From positions 57,970,001-58,034,000 of the forward strand of contig OX597831.1 in the NCBI GenBank assembly GCA_951406725.2: 64,000 nt of DNA, read 5' to 3'. The translations under genes were made by a program, and so were the position numbers. Below the pieces are notes generated by a model. That model saw only the letters and a program-made list of their open reading frames with translations, made no database searches and was not told where the DNA came from. Source of the stretch: Octopus vulgaris (lineage: Eukaryota). Of this stretch, positions 38,748-52,231 are shown piece after piece. Position 1 is the stretch's first letter. Every line of letters begins with the position of its first letter.

Positions 38748-39060
38748 GTGGAGGCGCAATGGCCCAGTGGTTAGGGCTGCGGACTCACAGTCGTAGGATC
38801 GCGGTTTCGATTCCCAGACCAGTGTTGTGGGTGTTTATTGAGTGAAAACACCAAAAGCTCCACGAGGCTCCGGCAGGGGGTGGTGGCGATCACTGCTGTA
38901 CTCTTTCACAACAACTTTCTCTCACTCTTTCTTCTGTTGGCCAGCTCACTTAGCCAGCGGGGTGGCGTCATTTGAAGGCTAAAACAATGCGAAGCGCATT
39001 GTGACCAGCGATGTGTAGCAAAATCTGATAGCCTGGTCGGTCACGGTGATCACGGTGATA
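38748..39060 (+). mobile_element. SINE family C2
   Basis: gtggaggcgcaatggcccagtggttaggg...cacggtgatcacggtgata, inserted in (TA)n. Confidence 0.9.
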
Positions 39061-39336
39061 TATATAAATAAATAATATAAACAGCAGTTTGCAATGTGTC
39101 ACCAAAAAAGGAGAATTATAATTGTCACAGAATGCAGCTAGGGTGTTAGGAAGGACATCCGGGCATAAAGATTGCCAAAACAGACAGTGAAGCTGAAGCT
39201 TAGAGTAGTCTCCTGTCAAACCGTCCAACCCATGCCAGCATGGTAAGTAGACAGACGTTAAATGATGATGATCACACACACACACACACACACATGTATA
39301 TATATATGTATGCATGTGTATGTATTTATGTACATT

Positions 39337-39594
39337 CTCTTTTACTTTTTTACTTGTTTCAGTCGTTTGACTGCGGCCATGCTGGAGCACTGCCTTTTTT
39401 TTAGTTGAGCAAATTGACCCCAGGACTTATTCTTTGTAAGCCTAGTACTTATTCTATTGGTCTCTTTTGCCGAACCGCTAAGTTACGAGGACGTAAACAC
39501 ACCAGCATCGGTTGTCAAGCGATGTTGTGGGTACAAACACAGACACATAAACACACACACACACATATATATATACACACACACATATATATAT

Positions 39595-39676
<82 letters not shown>

Positions 39677-39757
39677 ATATATATATATACATATATATAC
39701 AACGGGCTTCTTTTAGTTTCCGTCTACCAAATCCACTCACAAGGCTATAGTAGAAGG
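39337..39757 (-). mobile_element. SINE family B
   Basis: Inverse copy with an expanded internal TA/TG tract. Confidence 0.85.
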
Positions 39758-39939
39758 CATAATGAAATAAGTATAAGAATGTGCATTGTCTGTTTAATTG
39801 AAAAATTCGATATGTGGCTGAAGATTGCTCGAGATTTTAAAACTGATGATATACTTACAGGGTTTAATAAAATGAAGTAGCATGAAACAATTGTACTATT
39901 CTACCTTGGATATCCTTGTTGCTTATATATATATATATA

Positions 39940-40130
39940 TAGGGAGAGTTCACAAAAAAAAACAAAAGGCGAAGACAGGTGGTGTAGAAAACAAACAGAT
40001 GTATTAGTATAATACTCAGGAATTGAAAAAGTCTTTTACATTTCGAGCCTACGCTCTTCTACAGAAAGGGACACAGAAAAAAACAAGGAGAGAAAAAAAA
40101 TGTGTGTAGTGGCTACTGATCTATCATGAT
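39940..40130 (-). mobile_element. Penelope-like short element with a degenerate hammerhead, in (TA)n
   Basis: Homologous to 7820-8005; minus ctgtaga-agagcgtaggctc-gaaatgtaaaag. Confidence 0.6.
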
Positions 40131-40328
40131 ATATATATATATATATATAGTGTTTGAAGTGATGTACATATATTGTATATGAAGAAAAGGGAAGCAGTCA
40201 GATATTTTGGATAATTCTTTATTAGTGCTTTCATCCATTCATGAAGATTTTTCAAAATGAATTTTGTAGAAGGTTTCTTGGTTTTTATACAAATGGAGAG
40301 GAGGAGAAGTCAAAGAGAAAAGACACAT

Positions 40329-40435
<107 letters not shown>

Positions 40436-40518
40436 GCTAGCTAGCTAGCTAAATAGATAGATAGATAAAACTTACTTGGAATATATCTATTAGATATATA
40501 TGTACATATATATATGTA

Positions 40519-40560
<42 letters not shown>

Positions 40561-40715
40561 TATGTTTATGATAGGTAACGACAAATATATACATATTTAG
40601 ATTGACTGAAATATATATATATATATATATACATGTGCATTTTCGTTGATTTTTCATATTTTACCCTTACATTTCCACATGTATTTTATATTTTCTTTTC
40701 GTAACATATTTCTGC

Positions 40716-40754
<39 letters not shown>

Positions 40755-40764
40755 ATAAATATAA

Positions 40765-40797
<33 letters not shown>

Positions 40798-40815
40798 TAC
40801 AGGTATATTTATATT

Positions 40816-40857
<42 letters not shown>

Positions 40858-41474
40858 TTTAGATAGATAGATAGATAGATATATTAATGTATCTGAGTAT
40901 ATACACACATACATATTAAAGATAAAGCATTTGGCATGAACTTTGGTTTTGCATATGGTGATTATTTAGTTTATGCTTCTCATCATCCCTGAAGTGCATC
41001 ATCTTTAAAGATAAGGCATATATCTCCAAATAGAAAAGCTGATGCGAGCACACTTCACATAGTAACCTCAGAAACATTTATTAAAATTACACCCTTAACC
41101 AATGAGACCGATCATTTTCTAAATGACTAATTTTCAAAAAGTGATAGGGGAGATAATCTCAAAATTTTAATTAATTGATTAATTAAAATTGATTAAACAT
41201 GGAATGCTGTGAAGAGTGGAATGAGGTTAACAACTCATCTCAGATTCTTTTATTCTTTTATTTTTTTACTTGCTTCAGCCATTTGAATGCAGCCATGCAT
41301 AGTTATGGAACCATTGCAGATGTCTGCTATAGCGGATATATAATTGGTAAAGAGGACAACAAAGGTTAAGAAATAAGGAAATGATGAAAGAGAAGAAAAA
41401 AGAAGCATATTCCTTTACTCCTGTCCTCTATGTTGTCATTTCTTTAATCTATAACCTTCTCATTTTCCCTATTC

Positions 41475-41530
41475 GTCTCTGATGATGGAATACCCCACAC
41501 TCTGGGATATCCCAGAAACAGCTGTAAGAC
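41475..41530 (+). ncRNA. Minimal type I hammerhead ribozyme motif (Penelope/retrozyme type)
   Basis: Stem I gtct/agac; core CTGATGA 41479-85; 12-bp stem II with two mismatches; GAAA 41515-18; palindromic stem III C-AGCT-G; GTA cleavage triplet 41524-26. Confidence 0.75.
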
Positions 41531-41612
41531 TTTGAATTTTTTTCTAATAATAATAATAATGTGAGTGACTTGAGATGTTTGCTTTGCCTTAATGTTTGTT
41601 GACCTCTTTAAC

Positions 41613-41649
<37 letters not shown>

Positions 41650-41653
<4 letters not shown>

Positions 41654-41850
41654 TAATCCAAACAAGAAAACACAGAAAAAAAAGAAAAAAACACAGCAAT
41701 GCAGGACGTGGAACAATCAAAGTATTATTGATGCTCAGGAAAGAAGGGAAGGAGGGTTTAACGTTTCGAGCGGAGCTCTTCGTCGGAAACAAGGAGAAGG
41801 AAAGATCCCAAGGAGGGAAGACAGAGGAGACAATATTTGAGCTGGTGGTG
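41650..41850 (-). mobile_element. Penelope-like short element with a hammerhead motif (CCGACGA variant), in (TA)n
   Basis: Minus tttCCGACGAagagctccgctcGAAAcgttaaa. Confidence 0.6.
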
Positions 41851-41871
41851 CTTAAGAGATCACATGTTGAA

Positions 41872-41914
<43 letters not shown>

Positions 41915-41917
<3 letters not shown>

Positions 41918-42075
41918 CTTCCTTCAGTTTCTGTCTACCAAATCCATTTACAAGGCTTTGGTCAGCCTGAGGCTATAGTAGAAGACACCTGCCAAAGGTG
42001 CCACACAATAGGACTGAACCCGGAACCATGTGGTTGGTAAGCAAGGTACTTACCACACAGCCACTCCTGCACCTA
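41915..42075 (-). mobile_element. SINE family B, 5' half
   Basis: Inverse head ending ccactcctgcacctat, ~100 bp upstream of the exon acceptor. Confidence 0.85.
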
Positions 42076-42176
42076 TATTAATGAAATTTGGATGTTTAAT
42101 TATTTGATTTTTTAATTTACTTAATTCCATGATAAAAATATTAATTGCTTTTGTTTTTTTTTAAATCTCTTTCCAG

Positions 42177-42675
42177 AATCGCCCATGACATTAGCCTGGA
42201 CAGTTTTCCTGATGATGATACTGACGCAGAATTTGACTTCAATCCAAAAGAGCTGGAATTTTACTCTCTGACGCAAAACAAAGAGAAAGAAAGAAAATAT
42301 GATGTTACCGAGAAAACAGTGGTACCGTCATTTCAAGAGAAATCCGATGTCGAGGAATTTACCGGCAAAGATGTCGGAAATTACGGAAGCACAAAAACGA
42401 ATACGACATACGACAAACCAATTTACAAAGCGTCAGACTCTGAAATGGTCCTTCGAAAGAATGAAATCAATAAACAACTGCACAGCAATAGTGATAAAGG
42501 AAACGATAATGGACTCACCAACACAAAAAGTAGAATGGGCACAAGCAACACCACTAACACTACAGCCAACACTTTCACAAACAACACTGTTACCAAGAAC
42601 ACCTATAACAACAACACAACTGCTGCCAATACAAATGGTGCCATCACCACCATGGACAGCAATCGTTACTTGCAG
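42177..42675 (+). CDS. MAPK8IP1: Internal coding exon of a JNK-interacting protein 1 (JIP1/Aplip1)-like scaffold
   Basis: Pyrimidine tract + ttccag acceptor (AG 42175-6); donor CAG|gtaagt at 42675/6. Open frame (R)IAHDISLDSFPDDDTDAEFD...NRYLQ; the start resembles the recalled JIP1 N-terminal RLTHDISLEEFEDED. Phase 2 start, phase 0 end. Confidence 0.85.
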
Positions 42676-42860
42676 GTAAGTAGACGGTCTACACCATCTT
42701 AGCTCTGATTTGTTATTGTTGGCCTTTAATATTTTGAGCATTAACCTCATCTTCAGCAACTAAGAAACTGGCCAAAGTGACAGTCAATAACACAGTAGAA
42801 GTAAATGATAACTTCCTAAATAGGCATGAGGTCAGAATTTGGTTGAAGTGAACCAATAAT

Positions 42861-43038
42861 ACTCTTTTACATGTTTCAGTCATTTGACTGGCGCCATTAG
42901 TCGAGCAAATCGACCCCAGGACTTATTCTTTGCAAGCCTAGTACTTATTCTATCGATCTCTTTTGCCGAACCGCTAAGTTACAGGTTGTTAAGCGATGTT
43001 GGGGGGACAAACACAGACGCACAAACATATATACACAG

Positions 43039-43076
<38 letters not shown>

Positions 43077-43233
43077 GATGGGCTTCTTTCAGTTTCCGTC
43101 TACCAAATCCACTCACAAGGCTTTGGTCGGCCCGAGGCTATAGTAGAAGACACTTGCCCAAGGTGCCATGCAGTGGAAATGAACCTGGAACCATGTGGTT
43201 GGTAAGCAAGCTACTTACCACACAACCACTCCT
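42861..43233 (-). mobile_element. SINE family B
   Basis: Inverse, near full length. Confidence 0.88.
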
Positions 43234-43265
43234 GTGTAACAAAATTTTAATTGTTTTTTGTCTTT

Positions 43266-43655
43266 GGTATTATTTCTTGTTTGCTTCTATCTTGAAACCA
43301 AAGGAAATGACTACTATTCCCTTCAAACTTTACTTTTGTGACCTGGACATCAATGTTTTAAAACTGAGCTATTTTCCATTACATTTCAGACAGATTTAAT
43401 GCTAAATTGCCAGAGCAGAAATATCATTATAACAAATATTCTGCTTAATACCACAGATTTGTTTGTCAGTTGCTTGACTTTAACCACTTGAGCATGTCCT
43501 TTAGTGGCTGACAATATGTGCATCTCTGATGATGAGCTGGATTAGTAGGAGAGCATCATAACCATGTGTCCAGAGAGATTCTTTGGGGTTTGAATAAATG
43601 TAACAAAAGCAAAATTTGAAGGAAATGTTAGCCATTTTTCATAGTATCTACTGAA
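43266..43655. mobile_element. Inverted second copy of the 9194-9605 composite MITE
   Basis: Colinear reverse complement, including the family X segment. Confidence 0.75.
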
Positions 43656-43844
43656 GGATGAAAATCATGTCACACCGTGTAATTATATCAGACTTGTGCA
43701 TTATTTTATCAACCCAAGAATAATAAAAGGCATAGAACATACAACACAAGGCATTTCATTCAATGCATGTATAGTTCTGCCAATCCACTGCCCTTAATAG
43801 AAGAAATAGTATTAATCTCATAATTGCTATCTATAATACAGGGA

Positions 43845-44001
43845 TGAAGGTGCATGGCTCAGTGGTTAGAGTGTCGAGCTTACGATTGTGAGGTTGTGAG
43901 TTTGGATTCCGGACATGGCTGTGTGTTGTGTTCTTGAGCAAGACACTTTATTTCACATTGCTCCAGCTCACTCAGCTGTAGAAATGAGCTGCAACGTCAC
44001 A
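43845..44001 (+). mobile_element. tRNA(Arg)-like/CORE-like SINE head
   Basis: gaaggtgcatggctcagtggttagagtgtcgagcttacg..ttgagcaagacactttatttcacattgctccagctcactcagctgtagaaatgag. Confidence 0.85.
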
Positions 44002-44459
44002 CTCGTGTGTGTGTGTGTGCAAATAAGTATATTTGTTTCTATCTATCTCTATGTATGTATCATCATCATCATCATCATCGTTTAACGTCCGTTTTCAATG
44101 CTGGCATGGGTTTGACAGTTCGACTGGGGTCTGGGAAGCCAGGACGCTGCACTAGGCTCCATTCTGATCTTGCAGTGTTTTTTCAGCTGGATGCCCTTCC
44201 TAATGCCAACTACTCCAAGGGTGTAATGGGTGCTTTTTACGTTCCACCGGCACTGGGGCTAGAGGAGATGGCATTGATCATGATTGGATGGTGCTTTTTA
44301 TGTGCCACTGGCACAGAAGCCACTCAAAGCAGCACTGGCATTGGCCTCGTTCAGATGGTTCTTTTTACGTGCCACTGGCATGAGGGTCATAACTACTATT
44401 TCCATTTGATTGTAATTTGATTTGATTTGATTTTGACATTGATGTTGATGCTGATGATG

Positions 44460-44499
<40 letters not shown>

Positions 44500-44507
44500 A
44501 AAGTAAG

Positions 44508-44906
44508 ATAGGGTGCAGAAGTGGCTGTGTTGTAAGTAGCTTGTTTACCAACCACATGGTTCCGGGTTCAGTCCCACTGCGTGGCATCTTGGGCAAATGT
44601 CTTCTACTATAACCTCGGGCTGACCAAAATCTTGTGAGTGGATTTGGTAGACGGAAACTGAAAGAAGCCCGTCGTATATATGCATATATATGCGTGTGTG
44701 TGTTTGTGTGTCTGTGTTTGTCCCTCTAGCATTGCTTGACAACCGATGCTGGTGTGTTTATGTCCCCGTTACTTAGCGGTTCGGCAAAAGAGACCAATAG
44801 AATAAGTACTGGGTTTACAAAAGAATAAGTCCCGGGGTCGAGTTGCTCGATTAAAAGCGGTGCTCCAGCATGGCCGCAGTCAAATGACTGAAACAAGTAA
44901 AAGAAT
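44508..44906 (+). mobile_element. SINE family B, full length
   Basis: Head through gaaacaagtaaaagaat. Confidence 0.9.
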
Positions 44907-45328
44907 ATAGGGGTTATAGGTGTAACCCACCATGGGATATCACTTATCCAATATACTGTTGGTAAAGTACCCAAATTCTTAATACATAAATGTTTTTAAT
45001 TGCAATGCAATTAATTCATTTATTGTATTAAACGGGTGAAGGTAAAGAAATATTTTTACCATAAATTTAAGATACAAATAAGAAAATGGAGAAACAAATT
45101 CAGTTTGTTCATCAACTTACGATATTATAATTTTAGATTATTTATTCATTTTACAAATGAGAACATCAAAAGCATACAAAATATTATATAAATCAATAGA
45201 TATTATAATAATACAAATACAGTTTTTAAAAGTCATATTATAAATTATTATAAATTATTATAAATTATATTATAAATTATATTATAAATTATATTATAAA
45301 TATATTATAAATTATTGAAATCCAGAAA

Positions 45329-45480
45329 TTACTTCTTACAGCTGTTTCAGCCTATGGTCAACAGTGAATCTAATTTTTCTTTGCCTATAGATGTAAACAT
45401 ACTAGGGTTGTAGGCATTTAAAAACAATATATATAATACTTATGGGTTAAAAGAACCATAGGCCTCATCAGAGGTTATAA
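45329..45480 (-). ncRNA. Hammerhead-like motif with an extended stem II loop
   Basis: Minus CTGATGA-ggcctatggt...~100 nt...accataggct-GAAAC-AGCT-GTA-aga. Confidence 0.6.
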
Positions 45481-45614
45481 TTAACTATAAAAATATAATA
45501 ATAATATTAATATACTAAACATGCTGCACGTATTATTTAATAGAGACAAATAAACAATAAACAAATATCCAATTATACATATATATATATATAACTACAT
45601 ATATATATATATGT

Positions 45615-45793
45615 GCAGGTGGCATGTAAAAAGCACCCACTACACTCGCGGAGTGGTTGGCGTTAGGAAGGGCATCCAGCTGTAGAAACACTGCCAGATC
45701 AGACTGGAGCCTGGTGCAGCCCCTGGCTTCCCAGACCCCGGTCGAACCATCCAACCCATGCTAGCATGGAGAACGGACGTTAAACAATGATGA

Positions 45794-45797
<4 letters not shown>
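45615..45797 (+). mobile_element. Family D repeat (probable RTE 3' UTR), young copy
   Basis: ggcatgtaaaaagcacccac..ggcgttaggaagggcatccagc..ggacgttaaacaatgatgatg. Confidence 0.75.
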
Positions 45798-45836
<39 letters not shown>

Positions 45837-48291
45837 CATATATACATACATATATATGCATACATATACATATATACACATAAAAATACATACATAAGTA
45901 AAGTGTACAATCTATTCACATGCGCATTGTTTATTGTATGTATGTATGTATGTATGTATGTATGTATGCATGAATGTATGTATGCCTGCTTGCATGTATG
46001 CATGTTTGCATGTATGTATGTGTGTATGTATCTATATTGAGCCATGGTCTTTATCATGTGTAATTTTAAATTTATATAACTGCACTTATCGTATGCTGAA
46101 TCACATTAATTATCCAAGTCTGTAAGTTGCCTGTAGATCCAGATTTAGCTGAAGAAATAGTAGTATTCACATGACACTAAAAAATAAAGTAATAATTGAA
46201 TTTTTTATAGTTGACAAAGAATTGTATTAATAATAGATGAATCAACCCGCTAAATGTTTTCACAGATAAAATCTATTGGATACACAATAGGCACAGATAT
46301 GAGAGTGTAGGCTGGAAATTTGCTTCCCAACTATGTGCTTCCAGGTTCGGTCCCCTGTGTGACATCTGGCAAGTGTATTCTGCTATAGCCACCCCAAGGC
46401 AGCCAAAACCTTGTGAGTGGATTTGGTAGATGGAAACTGAAAGAATCTCACAATATATCATCATCATCATCATCATCATCATCTAATGTCTGTTTTCCAT
46501 GCTGGCATGCGTTGGACAGCTTGAGAGTAACTGGTAAGAGTAGGTGCACCATCAAGATTCCATAGTCTGTTTTGGCTGGGTTTCTACGGCTGGATGTCCT
46601 TTCTAATGCCAACTACGTTACAGAGTTGTACTGGGTGATTTTTATGTAGCACTATCACCAGTGCTATTTAAGTGGGACCAGCACCAACACCAATTTTTTT
46701 AAGTGACACCTTGGTTTTAAGATCTCAATTCTGTTATATATATATATATATATAGATAGATACACATACACACACAAATATATATAGATATATATAATTT
46801 ATGGAGATTTTGTTGCATACAGTCATATATATATATAGGACATTCAGATGTAAAAAGCTTGCCAAAATTGACCTCACCTACGCTTGTCCCACGTAAAATG
46901 CACTGAGCCCACTCTGCTGTGTGGTCGGTGTTAGGAAGGGCATCCATTTGTAAAAACCTGCCAAAACAGTTGCAGAAGTCTGGTGCAGGCTTCTGCCTTG
47001 CTGGCTCCTGTCAAACTGACCCACCCATGCCAGCATGGAAGGCAGACATTAAATGATGATAATGATGATGATGATGATATATATACATATGTATGTGTGT
47101 GTACATATGTCTGTTCATGTGTGTGTGTATATGTGCATATGGATGTGTGTATGTGTGCACAGTAATGGTGTTTATGTTATATTAAAAATGATACACTCAA
47201 GAGATTCCCAAGAATTCATTAAAAAACAGTCCCAATCACTGCTATAATCCATAATGAACCACTTTTAGGTCACTTGACAATTTAACATCCTACTACTATC
47301 ATACTACTTACATTCCTTCTTATTCTCCCTTCTCTTTCTCCTTCTTCGTCTTCTTCCTCTCCGCCACCTCCTTCCTAACTTTACCACTATTGCTGTTTAG
47401 AATAACACCCATGCAAATTTTATAAACAAAACATTCAAAAGAGATGTCTCAATAATTCAATCACTACTACCATCCACAACGGGTCACTTTCAGGGCACTT
47501 GACCATTTAACATACTACTATCATAGAACTCCCGCATTCTCCTCCTCCTCCTCCTCCCCCTTCTTCTTCTTCTTCTTCTTCTTCTTCTTCTTCTTCTTCT
47601 TCTTCTTCTTCCCTACCTACTAGAGTAAACAATACAGACAGAGACAGGCAAAAACAAAGAAAATGCCCCTTGTATTTGAATACCATGCAAATATTCTTTT
47701 AAAAAATTTTTCTTTTAATCTTTCTGAAATTTAATTGTTTTCCACACTTACAGTTGAAAAATTCCCCATGACTGAAACCGGTACTGAAACGTTTTTTATA
47801 AAATTATTTTAGCATTTTCTATATATAATTTAATGTCCATTTTCCATGCTGGCATTTGATTTGGCATGGTTTCTATAGCTGGATGCCCTTCCTAATGCCA
47901 ACCCCTCCAAGAGTGTAGTGGGTGCTTTTTATGTGCCACTGGCATGGGTGACAGTTATGTAACACTGGCATTGGCCACAACTATGATCTCACTTGGCTTA
48001 ACAGGTCTTCCCAAGCATGGTATATTGCCAAAGGTCTCGGTCACTTGTCACTGCCTCCATGAGGCCCAACGGTTGAAGGGTGCCAGTTATGTGACACTAG
48101 CATTGAGCACAACTACAATTTCACTTGGGTTCATAGATCTTCTCAAGCACGGCATTTTGGCCAACACTCGAAGGGTGGTTTTTATGTACCACTGGCACAG
48201 GTGCTAGTTATACGACACTGGCATTGGTGATGACTACAGTATATATATACATACATACACATATATATATACGTGTGTGTATATATATATA

Positions 48292-48680
48292 TAGGCACAG
48301 GAGTGGCTCTGTGGTAAGTAGCTTGCTTACCAACCACATGGTTCCAGGTTCAGTCCCACTGCGTGGCACCTTGGGCAAGTGTCTTCTGCTATAGCCTTGG
48401 GCCGACCAAAGCCTTGTGAGTGGATTTGGTAGATGGAAACTGAAAGAAGCCCGTCCATATATATATGCGTGTGTGTGTCTGTTTTTGTCTCCCCACCATC
48501 CCTTGACAACCGATGTTGGTGTGTTCACCTCCCCCGTAACTTAGCGGTTCGGAAAAAGAAACCAATAGAATAAGTATTAGGCTTACAGAGAATAAGTCCT
48601 GGGGTCGATTTGTTCAACTAACAGCGGTACTCCAGAATGCCACAGTCAAATGACTGAAACAAGTAAAAGAATAAAAGAAT
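48292..48680 (+). mobile_element. SINE family B
   Basis: Full consensus match. Confidence 0.9.
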
Positions 48681-48962
48681 ATATATAATTATAGATAGAT
48701 AGGTAATATTATATGTGTGTACATATATATATATATATATATATGTACACACATATATTATTGTGTCTGGGGAGAGTCATTCTCTTTTAGTACCTTATTA
48801 TTTGACACACTAAGCAGTTTGATTTCCACTGATTATCTTATTTATTTTCGAAAATTTTTGTTGTGTCTTGCAACCTTTTCAATAGTTGTTGACTCTTACA
48901 CATATATATGTATGTTTGTACTCCACCTGCCTTCGTCTTTTGTTTATTTTCATAAACCTTCC

Positions 48963-49006
<44 letters not shown>

Positions 49007-49274
49007 ACACACACATATAGGTTTGGTGGTGCAAACAAGGAAAAATAGAACTCAAAACATGAGGATATATATACACACACATTTCTATCTATCTGTTTGC
49101 CTACCTGCCTGCCTGCCTGTCTGTCTATCTATCTATCTATCTATATGTATGTATATATATATATTTATATGTTCATACATTTCTCTTAAATCATTTTTTT
49201 AAACTGAATTTCTTGAAGTACCAAGAAACATCAACAAATTTTGTTTATTTTGTTATTTTCTTGTTCCATTTTAG

Positions 49275-49410
49275 TCAGTACTTCCTGCAAAAACAGTAAA
49301 CAATGTTAATCACAAAGAATGGCCCCAGAACACATCTGGTATCAGCAATGAACCAAAGACACCTCGACGGCCACGCAAATTACCTGAAACTCCAAAGACT
49401 AGAAGTAAAT
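49275..49410 (+). CDS. MAPK8IP1: Internal coding exon of the JIP1/Aplip1-like gene (136 nt, absent from the ORF track)
   Basis: ttttcttgttccattttag acceptor; donor AAT|gtaagt at 49410/1. Encodes SVLPAKTVNNVNHKEWPQNTSGISNEPKTPRRPRKLPETPKTRSK, compared with recalled Drosophila Aplip1 RRRRKLPEIPKNKK. Phase 0 start matches the previous exon; phase 1 end. Confidence 0.85.
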
Positions 49411-49726
49411 GTAAGTATTTTGAAAATTCTTTGATTTCTCAATTTACAATCCCTCTACCATTTTTGTAAATATGATCATCATGGAACTTGTAAATTGGCT
49501 GCTTGATTTGTTACAAATAAGAGTTAATTCTCCTTCAAATCATATCCTATCATCCTGCAAAAGAAGGAAGGGAAAGGAACGAATGAATTAGATTAAAGTT
49601 TCCTTACCAATGTTTCCAAGAACTTAAGGGTTTGTGAGAGTTTACCAGAGGTTCTGTGAGAAATAATGATAAATGTGCTAATGCAGAAGCATTTTTGAGT
49701 CATTTTCGTGCTTAATGCTATATATA

Positions 49727-50150
49727 TAGGTGTAGGAGTGGTTGTGTGGTAAGTAGCCTGTTTACCAACCACATGGTTCCGGGTTCAGTCCCACTGCATG
49801 GCACCTTGGGCAAGTGTCTTCTACTATAGCCTCGGGCCGACCAAAGCCTTGTGAGTGGATTTGGTAGACGGAAACTGAAAGAAGCCCATTGCATATATGT
49901 ATATATATATATATATGTATGTGTGTGTATATATTTGTGTGTCTGCGTTTGTCTCCCCAACATCGCTTGACAACCAATGCTGGTGTGTTTACGTCCCAGT
50001 AACTTAGCAGTTTGGCAAAAGAGTCCGATAGAATAAGTACTAGGCTTCCAAAGAATAAGTCCTGGGGTCGATTTGCTCGACTAAAGGCGGTGCTCCAGCA
50101 TGGCCACAGTCAAATGACTGAAGCAAGTAAAAGAGTAAAGAGTAAAGAGT
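49727..50150 (+). mobile_element. SINE family B
   Basis: Full consensus match with aagagt tail. Confidence 0.9.
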
Positions 50151-51579
50151 ATATAATTCTCTCTCTATATATGTAATGATTTTTATGTAGGGGTTTCCAA
50201 TGGGACAAAATGTTTTCCAAGGGTTTCTCAAAAATAAAAGTGTAAGTTTGGGAAACAGTGCATTAGATATTTGAAGTCTAAGGTGTACTATGTTCAAGAC
50301 AAAAAGAAAAAAATTTTTGGAATGGTCAATGCTGGAATGTCTTTAACAATAAGTTTGTTCAGTTAGGGCTGACTCATAGCTAAACAATAACCACAATAGC
50401 AACAACAGCAACACCAACAACAGATAAGTCAACAGCTTTGGGTGTGGTGAGTGTGAAGAATTCATATATTTTGTTTTGAGAAAAATTTTCAAAAGTAGCA
50501 AAGCAAAAGGAATGTGTATTTGCCTAAAGATCTCTCTTGACAGAACAGAGGGTAGGAATTGAACTCATGAAATCTGGTTCACAATATTCTCAGAATTCAT
50601 TGTGTCTAAGTGATATCATTAACAACACAGGATTATTTGAAGTGTTATTATTACTTGTTGAAAACTTTAACCGTTTGTCTGTCTGACTGGCTGGCTGTTG
50701 GTATACACACACAATAAATTATTCCCATATATTTGTCTGTCTGTCTGTCTGTCTGTCTGCCTGCCTGCCTGCCTGTCTGTCTGTCTGCCTGCCTGCCTGC
50801 CTGTCTGTCTGTCTGTCTGCCTGCCTGTCTGTCTATCCATCCATCTATTCATCTGCCTATCTATCTGTCTGTCTGTCTCTCTGTTCATCAATCCATCCAT
50901 CCATCTTTCTTTCTTTCTTTCTCTCTTTCTTTCCATGTCCACTTTCTACCTGACTCTTCAGCTATTTATCTGTTTATTCTTCTAGTCATCTATCATCTCT
51001 GCGTGTATGCCATTTTGCTTGTTCACTCCCACTTACCAAAATCATAAGCATAATATTACATCAATACAAGTTTGTGCATTATTATATATTATTATTTTAT
51101 TATCATATTATTATTATATTATACTATATTATTATATTATTATATTATATTATTATATCATTATTTCACATGGTAAAACTTTGTACTGAAATATTTTCAA
51201 TATTACCATCATTGTAAAGTCAATTTTACTCTCCATCCTTACTGGGATGATAAAATAAAAACCAGTTGCATTCTGGGTGGGGTCAATGTAATTAGTTAAT
51301 CTTCTTTCCCTAAGAAATAGCTGGCCTTGTGCCAAAACTTAAAACCATAATTATTTACCTTGTTCCAAATAAATAAGCTACTATTGGGGTCAGCAGATGC
51401 AGTAGGATCACTGGCAGATTGACAATGAACCAAGAATTCAGATGTGATGTGCATACAGATGTAGCTGGTAGTCAAGGCAACTATGACATGTTAATGAGAT
51501 GTAGTTTATAGTTTCCAAGGGATTTGTTTTGTGTCTGTGATGGTTGTAGTAAGAGATATGAACAATATGTGAACAGAAG

Positions 51580-51964
51580 GAGGAGTGGCTGTGTGGTAAG
51601 TAACTTGCTTACCAACCACATGGTTCTGGGTTCAGTCCCACTGTGTGGCACCTTGGGCAAGTGTCTTCTGCTATAGCCTTGTGACTGGATTTGAAAGATG
51701 GAAACTGAAAGAAGCCTGTCGGTGACACGTAAAAGCACCAACTGATCGTGGCCGTTTGCCAATCTCCTCTGGCTCCTGTGCCGGTGGCACGTAAAAAGCA
51801 CCCACTACACTCATGGAGTGGTTGGCGTTAGGAAGGGCATCCGGCTGTAGAAACACTGCCAGATCAGACTGGTGCCTGGTGCAGCCTCCTGGCTTCCCAG
51901 ACCTTGGTCGAACTGTCCAACCCATGCTAGCATGGAAAACGGATGTTAAACGATGATGATGATG

Positions 51965-52004
<40 letters not shown>

Positions 52005-52231
52005 TTGTGTGTCTGTGTTTGTCCCCCCCCCCGACATCGCTTGACAACCAATGCTGGTGTGTTTACGTCCCCTGTAACTTAGTGGTTTGGCAAAAGAGAC
52101 CGATAGAATAAGTACTAGGCTTACAAAGAATAAGTCCTGGGGTCGATTTGCTCAACTAAAAAAAGGCAGCGCTCCAGCATGGCCACAGTCAAATGACTGA
52201 AACAAGTAAAGGAGTAAAAGAGTAAAAGAGT
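51580..52231 (+). mobile_element. SINE family B with a family D segment (51720-51965) in its middle
   Basis: B head, then D body with (GAT)n, then B 3' half. Confidence 0.8.

Noticed and set aside
38748-38820. tRNA genes (also 25862, 43845, 12700-12760)
   Set aside because: tRNA-like heads continue into multicopy SINE bodies and lack a proper acceptor stem and terminator
42884-43399. Recurrent peptides such as [24 protein letters not shown] in many ORFs
   Set aside because: Antisense translation of SINE family B, not a protein family
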